This document shows positions 1-13,815 of a DNA stretch of 64,000 bases, in pieces. The notes under the pieces are model-generated. The model did no database searches and had not been told where the DNA came from. It was given only the letters and a program-made list of their open reading frames with translations. The stretch is taken from contig OX597815.1 in the NCBI GenBank assembly GCA_951406725.2, positions 69,998,001-70,062,000 of the forward strand. The letters are read 5' to 3'. Both the position numbers and the translations under genes were made by a program. The stretch is from Octopus vulgaris. Its lineage: Eukaryota. The number at the start of each line of letters is the position of its first letter. Position 1 is the stretch's first letter.

Positions 1-1506
1 AGTTAATGGCTCAACAACCAGTATGAAGGAAGGTCAGCACCAATAACAAATTGATAGATGTTACTCTGTTTTATCAAAATCCAATTCAGAGTCACAAGAC
101 CCAAGCAGGATTTCTACACATCAAAGGCACAGAGAAATGTGTTCAACATCAACCAAACAAAATCTAAACTTTTTGTTTTTTTAAACTTTTAGTAATCAAA
201 TGAAAATGCATGGTCTTATGGTCAGGATGTTGCACTCACAATCACAAGATTATGGTTTTGATTCTCAGAGCGAGTAGTGCATTGTGTTCTTGAGCAAAAC
301 ATTTCATTTTACATTGCTCCAGTTCACACAGCTGTAAAGGAGTTCCAGCAACAGCTGAGAAGTTAACCCTGCAATGGACCAGTGTCCTATTCAGGGGGAA
401 GTGTTGAAATCTTAGTCACTTATACACCAGGGAAACTAGGTTAAGCTCTGACCTTATGAGCTTTAAGTTTCATGACAGACCTAAGCCTGAATCAGAATGG
501 AAGGCAATGTCGATGAGCCTTTACAGGGCCTTCAAGATTGTTGGGAGGGAGTCTGCGTATCTTCAGACCAAACATCTGGCCTGAATACTTGCAAAAAGAA
601 TAAGGTCCACTTACAGTTCCCAAGGTACGAAGTGGTGGTTTTGAAGTGAGTAACGGACAGAAGTAAACTCAATAAAATGACTAAGTCCTTGCTGTAAGAA
701 ATGGTAGCACTGTAAACTTGATGAGTGTTCAGTTCCTCTTGTAAGTATAGTTCTGTCAAACTAACTAACTTTAAACATATGATATATAAAACAGAGACTT
801 TTCAGTGGCACCTGTACAACCAAAAGGTTTCTGGGTTTCACAATTATAAATTAGTCTCCAGAGGAGGAAGATTAGTGCCTCTAGCCTTTCCAGAGCTTCT
901 AAGCCAACAGACAACTGGTTCATCATCATCATTTAACCTCCTCCTTCCATGCTGGCATGGGCTGGATGGTTTGACAGGAGCTGGCCAGAAGACTACACCA
1001 GGTTACTGTGTCTGTTTTGGCATAGTTTTTACAGTTGGATACCCTTCCAAATGTCAACCACTTCATAGTGTGGACTGGATGCTTTTTACAGGGCACCAGC
1101 AGAGTTACCAAGTAACTTGCAAGACAAGAAATTTTGGATATCATTCATAAAATGTAAATGACTATACAGAGATCTTTGATAACTTTTACAATGCAGCACA
1201 CATTCATAATTTCAATATAATTTATTATTTAATCTCTTGCATTACAAACCATTAATTTATGAGATCAAACAATTACAACTGCAGTGTGCCCTGATTTTCT
1301 TAAGTCTACCAAGCTATAATGAAACAGTTGCCATTTAACAGTAAACCCAACTTTAACAATTTATCTTCAAATGTACACATCTAACAGAAATATTTAGAAT
1401 GGAAATTCAAGTGAAAAGGAAATTACAAGAAAGATGGAGGGAATGTTGTCAGAACTGAGGACTGAAAAAGAAATTTAAAAAAGATATAAAAACAAGAAGC
1501 ACCTAC

Positions 1507-1572
1507 CTGCTTTTCATAAATCTGTGCCAAAACACTAGCTGCTTCAAACCGTACATCATCTGCAGCAGCCAT
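1507..1572 (-). CDS. MAU2: MAU2 exon 3 (22 aa, MAAADDVRFEAASVLAQIYEKQ); gene continues beyond window start
   Basis: Matches the MAU2 motif D(V)K/RFEAAS(L/V)L. Acceptor TCCTTAACGTTACAAAG|ATG, donor CAG|GTAGGT; 66 nt, phase 0/0. Confidence 0.92.
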
Positions 1573-4500
1573 CTTTGTAACGTTAAGGACAATATATTGA
1601 CAAGTATAAAACATTGATATATATTATATGAAGCAATGCCTAAGTAAAGAGAGTACTCATTACATGATTGAGAGTATGTGATGTAAGTGTACGCATGAGT
1701 CAAGAGTAAATACTCAAGCTAGACATAAAGAAAATTGTCAACACTAAACTTCATCACTATAATGTATAAAATTAGTTTAACAAAAATATTTGCTTATATG
1801 TGTATACATACATGATAGATGTTAGATGAGCATGACCATTGCTGACAGGTAAGCGTCAGCTGTGCACAAGCAATGGTTTTAAGTTGAGTGCAGCTTGCAC
1901 AATACCAAAATGACTCTCACTAGCAATACCAAGAAGCCCAGAGACAAGCAAAGAGCAAGATATCCAGCTCAGTAGAGCAGCAGGTTTTATATATGAGTTA
2001 GACAACTCCTAGATGGATACCTTAGCAAAGATCAAGGACCCTTCACTGCAAGTGAGTTTAATGTGCCCTCGAACACCAACCCAACTATTTCTACATCCTG
2101 TCGCTCTCGTGTTAGTTAACCCACAGCTGGGACCCTGAAGGTGTTACCACACTAGGACAGAATAGACCTGGAAACAATAGTGGCTAAGACGCGGTTTCAC
2201 AATCCTCAAAACCCTGGAACTCCTGAAACAGAGGGCCCCACTACCAGATGCTGTTTAAAGTCATACCCAGGACATACATATATGTGTATGTATAAACATA
2301 TATACATGTGAATGTGTGTGTATAAAAATATATGTCCGTGTGTGTGGTGATAGTAACAGTCCAAGGAAAGCTAGCAGGCTGAAAATACTATCACCACTAT
2401 TCTTGTAAATGTATAATAAATATGTACTCTAAAAGAAGTATTCACTAATCCTTTAGTTTAATGCTAAATTGCAATTGCTCTTATAACTTGATATAAAAGT
2501 AAACATTGACCATTTATCTTTCACTTGTTTTAGTCATTGGACTGCAGCCATGCTGGGGCAATGCTTTGAAGGGTTTAGTTGAACAAATTAACACCAATAG
2601 TTATTTCTCAAGTCTGGTACTTATTGTAATGGTCTCCTTTACTAAGCTGCAAAGTTATGGGGACATAAACAAACCAACACCAATAATCAAGTGTGGGAAG
2701 ACACAAACAAACAAACACACACACACACCCAAGCATCTTTCAGTTTCTGTCAGCCAAATCCACTAACAAGGCTTTGGTCAGCCCAGAGCTATCGAAGAAA
2801 ACACTTGCCCAAAGTACCATGCAGTGAGACTGAACATGAAACCATGAAATCAAGAAGCAGACTTCTTAACCACACAGCCAAATATTTAAAATAACAAAAG
2901 CCACCCATGGTACCCATGTTGTTTAAGATGAGTGAAGGGAAAATGAGGTTAAAAGCATTTTTTCTTCATTTTTAAGAAAACAACAGCATTGAGAAGACAG
3001 GTCTTGGTGACTAGATACTGTAGTCCTGTAAATGCATAGAATACTGAATAACTTATAGAATAGAATGATTAAAATAGCTCAACTGAGATAACAGATTTAT
3101 GAAAAGATTATCAAGAGAAACTAGACTAAGATTAATGACTAAGTGGTTTGGTAACTCGTTCCTTTTGACAGCAGGTGATTATGTAATATTTCTGCAAATC
3201 AGAGCATGTGAAAATGTTTTTTGTATCTTAGCAAACTTAAGAAAAATATTTTTTAATTTTGTACAAAAAGGTGTGAAGTGGTTGAGTATTTGTGGTGTTG
3301 GATTACTAAATAATACTTTGCTAAAATACAATATATTATACTCTTATATAAGGGCAATAATCACATTATCATCATCATTAACATCCATAATCTATGCTGG
3401 TATGGGATGGATGATTTGACAGGATCCGACATCCAAGGATTGTATTGTGCTCCATTGTCTACTTTGGAATGGTTTCTACAGCTGAGTGCCCTTTCTAATA
3501 CCAAACACTTTACAATGTGTACTGAATGCTTTTTCCATGCCATCTGCACTGATAAGGTTGCCATGCAGTTTGCAAGACTATGAACCCCAAGTGAAGCAGC
3601 TTTATGTTAGGAGATGAAGAAAGGGACCAGTGCAGAACAGATTATGAAGGGACTAACGCAGAACAGATTTATGAAGGGACCATTGCAGAACAGATTTCTC
3701 ACTGTAAAAGAGCTACATGATAACTCACATTCTAAAAGAGAGGGTAGGGGGCGATTGGGGTGGGGCTGGGTGAGGGGTACCTGTTCAAATCTATAAACAT
3801 AAAGATCCACCTTAACCTATGGATAAATAACTAAAATAACATCCAGATATTGCGTAAAATTACTAAAAAGTTAGACCTCTATGAATGCCAATGATATGTA
3901 ACAGCTGTACGTTAGATATAATTGTGATATTTTTGTAACTCTGAACTGAGAGAGGAATCTTTCTTGGACACTAGTATCAGAATAAAATTTAGCCATCATA
4001 GGGAATCTATGTATGCTAGGTGAACCCAAGTACACAGTCAAAAAATAATAAAATGCACAAAAACATCTAAACCCAGACTAGAGGTATATTATCTTTAAAT
4101 CACCACTATTATGGAAAAACAAAATAGAAAATAACTGCTACTATTTAGTACTATTTAGTGAGTTCAAGAGACCAATGGGAATAATCTCCCCTTGATGAGA
4201 TTATTTACTTGAATTTTAGCTTCAAGTAGAAAGTTGCAGAATATTCAAAGTAAAACAATGTGCAAAATGCTTTTCTCAAAAGGTATAATCAACACACATG
4301 AAACGTTTCCAACTGGGAATTATAAACCTAAATGTGGACTCAGATGACTGAAAACTCCCTAAACAATTTGCAATGTCTCTCTCCTCACCACATTTGAAAT
4401 ATAATTATAAAATCTAGTTAACATGTACCTTTTGTTACAAAAATAAAGATTAAAATTACAAATACATATAAATAAATATAGTTTTCATATAATCTCTCTC

Positions 4501-7500
4501 TCTCACTCTCTCTCTGTACTATGCCCAGTTGACAAACACAGACACACATATGACAAGCTTCTTTCAGTTTCTGTCTACCAAATCCACTCACAAGGCTTTG
4601 GTTGACTCAAGTGTATAGTAAAAGACACTTGCCCAAGCTGCCACACAGTGAGACTGAACCCAGAACCACAGGATTGGGAAGCAAGCTTCTTACCACATAG
4701 CCACACCTGAGCACTGATTAAAAATAAAATTACTGTTCATATAAACAGTGCTATTATTATTACAACCGTCTGCAAACACATGCTCAGCCACTGAGCTGTT
4801 CATTGTTCGAAGGGTAAGGAGAAATACTGCCTTGTTTGGAGACAGGTGAAGATCAGTTCATAGAAAAACATCCAGCCAAAGAAAAATCTGCCTCTACAAG
4901 TTCTATCTCATACATGCAATCTTAGAAAAGTAAACATTAAATTGATGATGAATATGATGGTGGTGGCAGTTGTGATTCTGGTGATAATGATGAGTCTAAT
5001 TCACTAACTTAAGTATTGTAATTTCTAGTACTCTTTAAAAGTGGTTCTAACTATTTTAAGTGAACAAAATACTACAGACTAGAAAAATTATAATGGGTTT
5101 CTGGGAAGGTATGTAAAAGCATCAGTTAAAATTCATTGCTGTACTTAGTTATGACCCTTATGTTCTCAAGTTTACTTCCCCACTAGGTCAAACACATGTC
5201 ATCCTTCTGGAGTCAATAAAAGAAAATACCAGTCAAATACTGGGGTTAAGAAAATAATCATTTATATCTCCCCAGTAAACTTAAATCTTTATGTCTGTGT
5301 TTTATAACAGAGAATCACTACCAAGACACAGATGGATGTATGAAATATTATTAGGGTGAGAAGAAATTTTATTTTATTTATATTCTAAGATTCAAATAAA
5401 TCATTTTAAGACGTCTGTTGTAACATTTGTAATAATCATCATCATCATTTAACATCCACTTTTCTCCATGCTTGCATGGGTCAGATAGAATCTAGTGATG
5501 AAGATTTCTTGTTTCCAAGTGAAGTAATATTCCCCCATGACTAGAGATGTAACACTGGAAATGAATGATATTGCTCGTATGACAGTGGCACTCATTTACA
5601 ACCATCACATGATGTCAGTACAACACACACACACACACACAAATGACAGGCTTCTTTCAGTTTCTGACAACCATGTCTATTCACAAGGCTTTGGTTGGCC
5701 AGGACTACTGTAGAAGACACTTGCTCAAAGTGCAATGCAATGGGGTTGATGGCATATAAGGAACTTTTTATTTTTTTTTAAAGTCTCAAAAATATCACCC
5801 TGTGTTCCATGTGAAGTTGGGTCTATAATACAGGGCTTTAATGCTCTAAAAAGTTTTGTTCCTGAATATACACTGAAACTGGAGTACATCTAATATGCAC
5901 ATGTGTTGTTTAGGCCATCAAATACAGTATTCAACTGTACAGCCTGTACCTGTGCCTAATAAAGCATAATGTTTATTAAAAATTCAGGTCCTTTTTTCTT
6001 TCAAAAGTAGCATAACAGGAATCATGTAAGTCTTGATAACAAATGATTTCAAAGAACAATCAGACACAACAATGACAAAATAAGTCTGGGATTTCACAAA
6101 CAATCATATATTCCAGGGTTTTCTAAATCAAGGTAAGACTATAACTACACCTGCAGTAATAGCTAGCTGGTAGCTACATAAACTCATAAGATATTACTTG
6201 CAGATAGCCAGACTGCTTATTCATGGAAGGTGGGGTAGGAATAGAAAGGTAATAATTTCAACTATAAATGAGGAGGCAAAGGTAACTTTTTCTTTAAACA
6301 TTTTAATTGCTACTGTTTGACTTAAAACTATCCCTTGTCTAGAAGGATAAACTAGCAGCAGAAACTAAGCTCTCTCTACCCTACAACAATGACTGTTTCA
6401 TAGAAACATCTGCTGAGTTGTTTCAGTGGATTTGGTGGGTTTTTAAGAGGAAAACAAATGGCAGAACAATAAGGATTATATATTATATAAAATAAAGTGT
6501 TTAAATGTGAGTGAAATATGGAGTGAGAAAAAGAGAAGGGATATGTGAAAGAAAAAAAAGAAAATATGAGGAGGAGGAGGAGGAAGAGAAAGGAATAAAG
6601 TAAATTCAAATGTATTTGATACTTCATGTGGTAAATTAAATTGTAAAACATAAAAAAGATTTTTTTTCGATCTAAACACTATTTCAAATGGTATTACATT
6701 ACATTTAAAAGATATTTTCCTTTGTGGATAATTTGTATTTGTCAATTAACAGGGTGCAAACTGCAAATGTAAACCATTTGACTATGCATATGTCAACAAA
6801 GAAGACACCTGATGAGAGAGATCAAATTAAGAAATCTTTAATCTTTCACTTGTTGCAGTCATTAGGCTGTGACCATACTGGGAAACTGTCAAAGCTTTTA
6901 GTCAAACAAATTGACCATAGTACTTATTTTTAAGTCAAGCATTTACTCTAATGGTCTCTTTTACAAAACCACTAAGTTATGTTGTGAGATCATAAACAAA
7001 CCAACACTGTTTGTCAAGTAATGGTGAGGGACAAAAAACAAACACACACACTGTATGTGTGTATGTATGTGTATATATATATATATATATATAGCAGGTT
7101 TCCATAGTTTCCACCAACCAAATTCACTCAAAAGATATTGGTCAGTCTGGAGCTTAGTTGACAAGATGCTACACAAGTAGAACTGAACGCAAAACTACAT
7201 GGTTACAATGCAAATTTCTTAACTACACACCCAAGCATTTATGTAAAATATTTTTTAAAATTTTCATCTCTAAAAATGAGGTTAATAATTTGAATAATTA
7301 CAATCGCAAGTCATGTAGCCTAATGGTTAGATTGATGGGCTTGTGATTTTAAGGTCCTGGTTTCAAAGTATAGTATACTCAAACAAGGCTCTTCATTTCA
7401 CATTGCTTCAATCTACTCAGCTGGGAAGGAGTACCAATCTAATACACATTCAGCTCTCTCTCTCTTCTGCCACCTGTCACAGATGGAGCTGTAGAAACTA

Positions 7501-8618
7501 TGCCAAAACAGACTGTAGAGCATGAAGTAGGTCCTCCTACTTGTTAGATTCAACCAGTATTTACTATCTATTAAATGGTGATGATGATGATTTTTAGTTG
7601 TGTCCATATACCAATATTTTCACAGGTCACTGAAGTACATAGTTAATATTAAATAGAGGACAATAAAAAAAGAGGCAGGTGTAGCATGAAGGATGAACAT
7701 TCTAGGTACAATGTCTCTGACTAAAAGAATCCTTGAGATATTAGTATCAACTTTGTTTTACAACAGATCAACATACATTTAGCATTTAAAGCAGCCATAT
7801 CCAGTTCAAATATTCTATCTCTTTATCTGTTTTATGCTCAAACTAGCCCGATCTAGCCACTCATACCTACACTACAAAGTCATTCTAAAAATATAGATCA
7901 TTGTAATCTCAAATCTATGAGATAATGCATGATTAATGCAAAACAAATTTAAATAGATAAGTATTACATTTGACAGAGTAATCTGAAGGCTAAAGAGTTA
8001 AGATGACAATCTATCAACAATAAATACATTTTAATATATTCTCAAGATAAGAATTTAGGGACCAGTAACAGATTAACAAGTGAAAAACTTACAAAACACC
8101 CCAATACAAAAAGTTGGTAGTACAATTTCTAAGCCACTTGGTGCAAGTGTGAATTGCTAAAGACGTTTGCTTCCCAATCACATTCTTTCAGGTTCAGTTC
8201 CACTATGTGGCACCTTGGAAAAATGTCTTCAACTATAGCCTCCAAGCCAACCAAATCATTGTGAGTGGATTTAATGGACAGAAACTGAAAGAAGTTTGTC
8301 ACATACGTGTGCATGTTGATGTCTCCATGTCTTGACATCACACAACAGCTGTAAACAAGCATCATTGCCATACAAGCAATGTTTTTCATTTCCAAACTTC
8401 TGTGGAGTCATGTCTTGCCATGGAGAAAATTGCTTGGAAACAGATGAGGGTTAGTGACAGGAAGGGCATCCAGCCACAGAAAATCTGCCTCAACAAATTC
8501 TGTCCAATCCATGCAAGCATGGAAAAGTAGATGCTAAAGTGATCATAAAACAATGATGAACTGGCACAGAGGGGGAAAACATCCAGTTTGGATGGGATTT
8601 GAATGGAATAACTGAAGA

Positions 8619-9069
8619 TTAATCCTTTTGTCACTATATTTCTGTTGAATTACACTGTGCCATTGTGTCAAATAATTTGGAAAATAATGAAGAAATTAGT
8701 AAATTAACTTTGTCACTTATTAAGATAGTGTTTGAGACATAAATTAACATATTTCATTTCAATGGAAAGGTTTAGTTAAGATCATTTTAACCCTTCAGTA
8801 TTCAGATTTTTTTATAAATTGTTTATTGATTCACATGGTTTTGAATTAATCACACATTGTCTTGTAGCTTCAAGATTTCAATGGTGTGCATGTATATTCT
8901 TAGAATGGCATTGTATGGACGGTGTAAGAGGTTGGATCTGATTAGTTTTAACATAAAACAAGTATAACATTCAGGTCGGATATGGCCAGATTAAATGCTG
9001 AAGGGTTTAAACAGTTGTATCATAGTGCCAGGGGCAGTTTCAGGTAGGTTGGTATAAAAAAGGGATTAA
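8619..9069. mobile_element. Two nested TTAA-CCCT-type MITEs (inner ~8787-9010)
   Basis: Outer family recurs at ~12330-12546 and ~27858-28083; inner family recurs at ~7780-8001 and ~24017-24230. Ends TTAACCCT...AGGGTTAA-like. Confidence 0.6.
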
Positions 9070-12000
9070 TTAGGGTGGAGAATAGCCATACAGATCACCA
9101 ACTAACTGCCTTATTGTGGACCCAGTTTTTTGTAGCATTCAGCAAGTTAGGCAAATATTCCAGGCAACAGCAATAGTTGATCACTATAAATGTCCCATTC
9201 TTCTTATCAGCCATGTAAACCAGTTGAAGTTTGTGAGTCAATACTACAGTTCAATTGACAATTATCACTCAATGATTAGTTAAGATAATGAAGCTGTTTG
9301 TTGGTCATCTCAGTTTAAAAAGAGGCACTTAATCCCCTTAGCCCCAACTCCACCCAACAATCAGGAAATAACAGAGCTAAATCGTTTTTGACATAATTTT
9401 ATTTGAGCAGAACCCAAAGCGTAAGTCCTTACTTCATTTCAGATCACAACGATATACAACAGTCATCTATCATATGAATCATCATCATTTAATGTCCACC
9501 TCTTGCATGGCTCAGACAGTTTTCCGAAGCAGATTTTCCACAGTGTGATGCCCTTCCTATCACCAGCCAATACTTGGTTCCAAGCCTGTTTTATAGTTCC
9601 CTATGTCTTGACATGCTTTCACAGAATACTAATGATAAATTACATTCATTTACAACCATCATGCAATGTCAAGGAGGTACAAACATAAACATACAAACAA
9701 TTATTCTCCTCCTCAACTAGGAAACGTTTATACCCAATTGTGCATGTGCGTGTGTGTGGTGGGTGCTGACTTATTAGACAATTAGGACCATTGCTGACAT
9801 CTTATTTCTATTATTTCTACAGCATGATGCCCTTCCTGTCACCAGCCAATAATTGGTTCCAAGCCTGTTTTTTTTTTCAATGACCTTGAGACCTACAATG
9901 GTTTTGAAAGCCACAAGTGACAAGCATTTTTCATTTTCAAATGTGGTATTCATATTCATAAGTTATAACTGGGTTCTGAAATTGAAAGTCTTTTCTATGC
10001 ATACAGCTATCCTAGATTACATCCAGAAAAAGGGCCTCCTGACTAACTGGTGTAGACTCACTAATAGACAGGTTCCAGCCTCTACAGGCATGGTGTCTCC
10101 TCTCTCCACCTTTTTTACTGCTGGCTGGCTTCATGCCACAACTGATCAGACACTACTGTCCCCTACTCATCCTCATCCCATCACCCTTGTTGTAGCCAAC
10201 CCCTCCCCTCCTCAGGCCTTGCACTAATCAGTATGCCCAGTCTGTCCTTTCCATAGCATCATCCCTCTGGAATTCCCTTTTTACTCATATCTTTCCCTGC
10301 AGGTGTCGACTTACAAAGGTTCAAGAAAAGAATGATATCAATCTCACTTGTTCTGGTGGACCTACAAAATCCAAGGACACCACCCCTTCCTCCAGACCTC
10401 AAGAAGTGTAAAACAAAAAATCTTAACTGCCAGTGCAGATGCCCATTTAAAAAACCCCCAGTCCACACTGTAAAGTGGGCAGCATTTGGAAGGGCATCCA
10501 GCTGCAAAAACCATGCCAAAACTAACCTCACTTGTGCTGATGCCACATAAATAGCACTAAGTCCACTCTATGTGGTTGGTGTTAGGAAAGGCATCCAGCC
10601 ATAAAAACAAAAACATGCCAAAACAGACACAGAAGTATGGTGCAGGCTTCTGCCTGGCCAGCTCCCATTAAACCATCCAACCCATGCCAGCACAGAAGGA
10701 GGACATTAAATGATGATTTCATGAAAAGTTACATGGTTATACCATCATAACTCTCACGCTACTAAACTAAAATGCCCAATAATTAGAGACGTTGATATAA
10801 TGCTTGACTATTAAACTTTTTTTTCTTCCTTTTGGAAGACAATTTTCAGAAAACTGAAAAATAATAGCCTAACATTCCAGTATATATTTGTCATAACACT
10901 ACATAAGTGGAAAATGAAAATTATAGAGTAATTATAGAGGGGGAGAGGTATTAAAGAGGGTTAATTTTATATCTTCAGTGTTGAGTGACAACTTTAAAAT
11001 TTCTATAACAAAGTTTGGCTATAGTTCTTGGTTCTTCAAAGGGAAAAAAAATACATAATTCAACATAACAGTCAAACAAGAAGAGGTCAAAGAATGCGTA
11101 CAAGAAAGACCTTTTCATTAAATATTATTAAATTTTAAATTATAGGTAGATAATGAAATATTTCTAAGTTGCCTTTTGTAGCCCCATCTGTAACTGACAC
11201 ACACACATTTAGCCTGATGGAATAACTAAAGATTAACTCCTTTGTTACCATATTTCTGTTGAATTACACTTTGTAGCACAAAGAATAATAACAATCACTG
11301 AATACATACAAAAAATAGGAAACTGAGAACCTCAAACACAGTAATAAATATATAATGAGCACAGCCATGGCTATGTGGTAAGAAACTTGCTTACCAACCA
11401 CATGGTTCCAGGTTTAGTCCCACTGCATTGCACCTTGAGCAGGTGTCTTCTACAATAGTCTCAGGCCAACCGAAGCCTTGAATGGATTTGGTAGATAGAA
11501 GCTGAAAGAAGCCTATCATGTGTGTGTGTGTGTGCCTGTGTTTGTTTCCCACCACCACCACCACTTGACAACCAGTTTTGCTGTGTTTAGGTCCCCCTAA
11601 CTTAACGGTTTGGCAAAAGGGACTGATAGAATAAGTACTAAGCTTTAAAAAAAAAATTAGTCCTGGGGTAAATTTGTTCAATTAAAACCCTTCAAGGCCA
11701 TGCCTCAGTACAGCTGCAGTCAAATGACTGAAACAAGATAAAAAATATAGTTGGATATGGTGAGGAGGAGGAGAACGATGCCAATATCAAGGAGGCTGTA
11801 AAAACAAGCTTGTAGATTTAATGAGGAGAGGGAAATAAAGAGACATTCATGCTTTTCTTAAGGAGGATATTAGCAATATAAAGAAGGTGAAGAAACAATT
11901 ACAATAAAGAATTACCACCCATGCTAGCATGGAAGACGGACATTAAAGGATGACCCCAAGGATGAATTAAAACTGGGTTATGGATTTGTTACAAGTTTAC

Positions 12001-13345
12001 CTTAACCTTCCAGTATTATTAGCATAACAAAAGTGTTGCCCATCAAATGACAGGTAACTTTGGAAGTATATTTTGTATATTTGCAATAAAAGTATGCTGT
12101 TATTTTTCTTAATTTTATCAACATAATCCAGTATACTTAATAAAACACCTATTTCTGCAAAATTTCATTAAAAAATTTGTACTTTTCAGAAAGTTATGAC
12201 ACTCATCCTGCACCTCTTATGTTAACTCTCTGTATCTCTTTTACTCCCTCTTTCATGTAAAGCAAGTCTAGAGAAATCTACCAACATTTATCTCAGCCAT
12301 GATTATGTCTTTGTTGAAAGAGGGCAGCATTAACCCTTTTGTTATCATATTTTTGTTGAAATACACTGTCATTGTTTCAATTAATTCTGATAATAATGAA
12401 GAATTTAAAACAACTTCGCTGGTCGTTGGAACACATAAGCGTAAATTTTGATGGCAAGTTTTGGCTTAGATTGTTTTAAAACAGGGAATTTGTATCAAAG
12501 AACTAGGGACATTAGTCACAGATATGGTTGGTTTCAGAAGGGTTAAAGTGATGCCAAAATGAGATTTTATTCAAGAAATCAGAAAAGAGATAAAGTGTAT
12601 TAGTGATCACCCACTGGAAACAGTTGAAAACAGTAACTTAAATTAAAATAGTATCTAAGAACAATTTTTGAGGTAATATTCAGAAAATACCTGACAACCA
12701 CTATATGCACCACTACAAGAGTTAGTCCTTACAAACACCGAGAGAGTATTATCTTTACATTCTGAGTTCAAATGCTGCCATGGCGAACTTTGATTTTTAT
12801 CCTTTCAGAGTCAATAAAATAAAGTAAGTACCAGAGTTGAAGCAACTGACCTGGTCTCTCTCCTCAAAACTGCTGTCCAACAACACACAAATGATTCTGC
12901 CAACTCACAACCTTAATAATTATTATTATGACTTCTTTTATTGGCCAAGAAGGCCCAAAATGCTGAAAGGTGGTGGGGAGGGTTAACACAAATATAACTA
13001 CATTATCAATAACTTACCCAGTAGCAGGGAAAATCCAGGAGAACTCACAAAACCCCAAATTATTCTGCTTTATCAAAGGCTTCAAAGAGTATCTTCCTCC
13101 ACTTTCTTTCCTCCTACTTAGAAAAACAAAATCCCCTGACCAGGCTCTAATTGTCTGTTTTAGCATGGCTTCTATGGTTGGATATCCATCCTAATGCAAA
13201 CCACTTTACGGAGTGTGCTTGGTGCTTTGTACATGTCACTGGCACAGGTGCATTTACATGGCACTAGCACAAGTTCATTTTATACGTCACCAACACAAGT
13301 GCATTTTGAGTGGCACCAGTACAAGTTCATTTTATGTGACACTGG

Positions 13346-13815
13346 TACAAGTACATTTTACATAGCACCAGCACAAGTGCAGGTGCTGACAAGTGCATTT
13401 TACTGACACAAGTACATTTTACATAGCACCAGCACAAGTGCAGGTGTTGACAAGTGCATTTTACTGACACAAGTACATTTTACATAGCACCAGCACAAGT
13501 GCAGGTGTTGACAAGTGCATTTTACTGACACAAGTACATTTTACATAGCACCAGCACAAGTGCAGGTGCTGACAAGTGCATTTTACTGACACAAGTACAT
13601 TTTACATAGCACCAGCACAAGTGCAGGTGTTGACAAGTGCATTTTACTGACACAAGTACATTTTACATAGCACCAGCACAAGTGCAGGTGCTGACAAGTG
13701 CATTTTACTGACACAAGTACATTTTACATAGCACCAGCACAAGTGCAGGTGTTGACAAGTGCATTTTACTGACACAAGTGCATTTTACGTGGCACCAGCT
13801 TGAATGCATTTTACT
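13346..13815 (+). repeat. 61-bp tandem repeat x7 plus partial copy
   Basis: CACAAGTACATTTTACATAGCACCAGCACAAGTGCAGGTG(C/T)TGACAAGTGCATTTTACTGA with period 61, preceded by degenerate ~26-bp subunits from ~13235. Confidence 0.95.

Noticed and set aside
13346-13815. CRISPR-like array
   Set aside because: Units are identical end to end with no unique spacers, there are no cas genes, and the context is eukaryotic; the same applies to 21399-21646.
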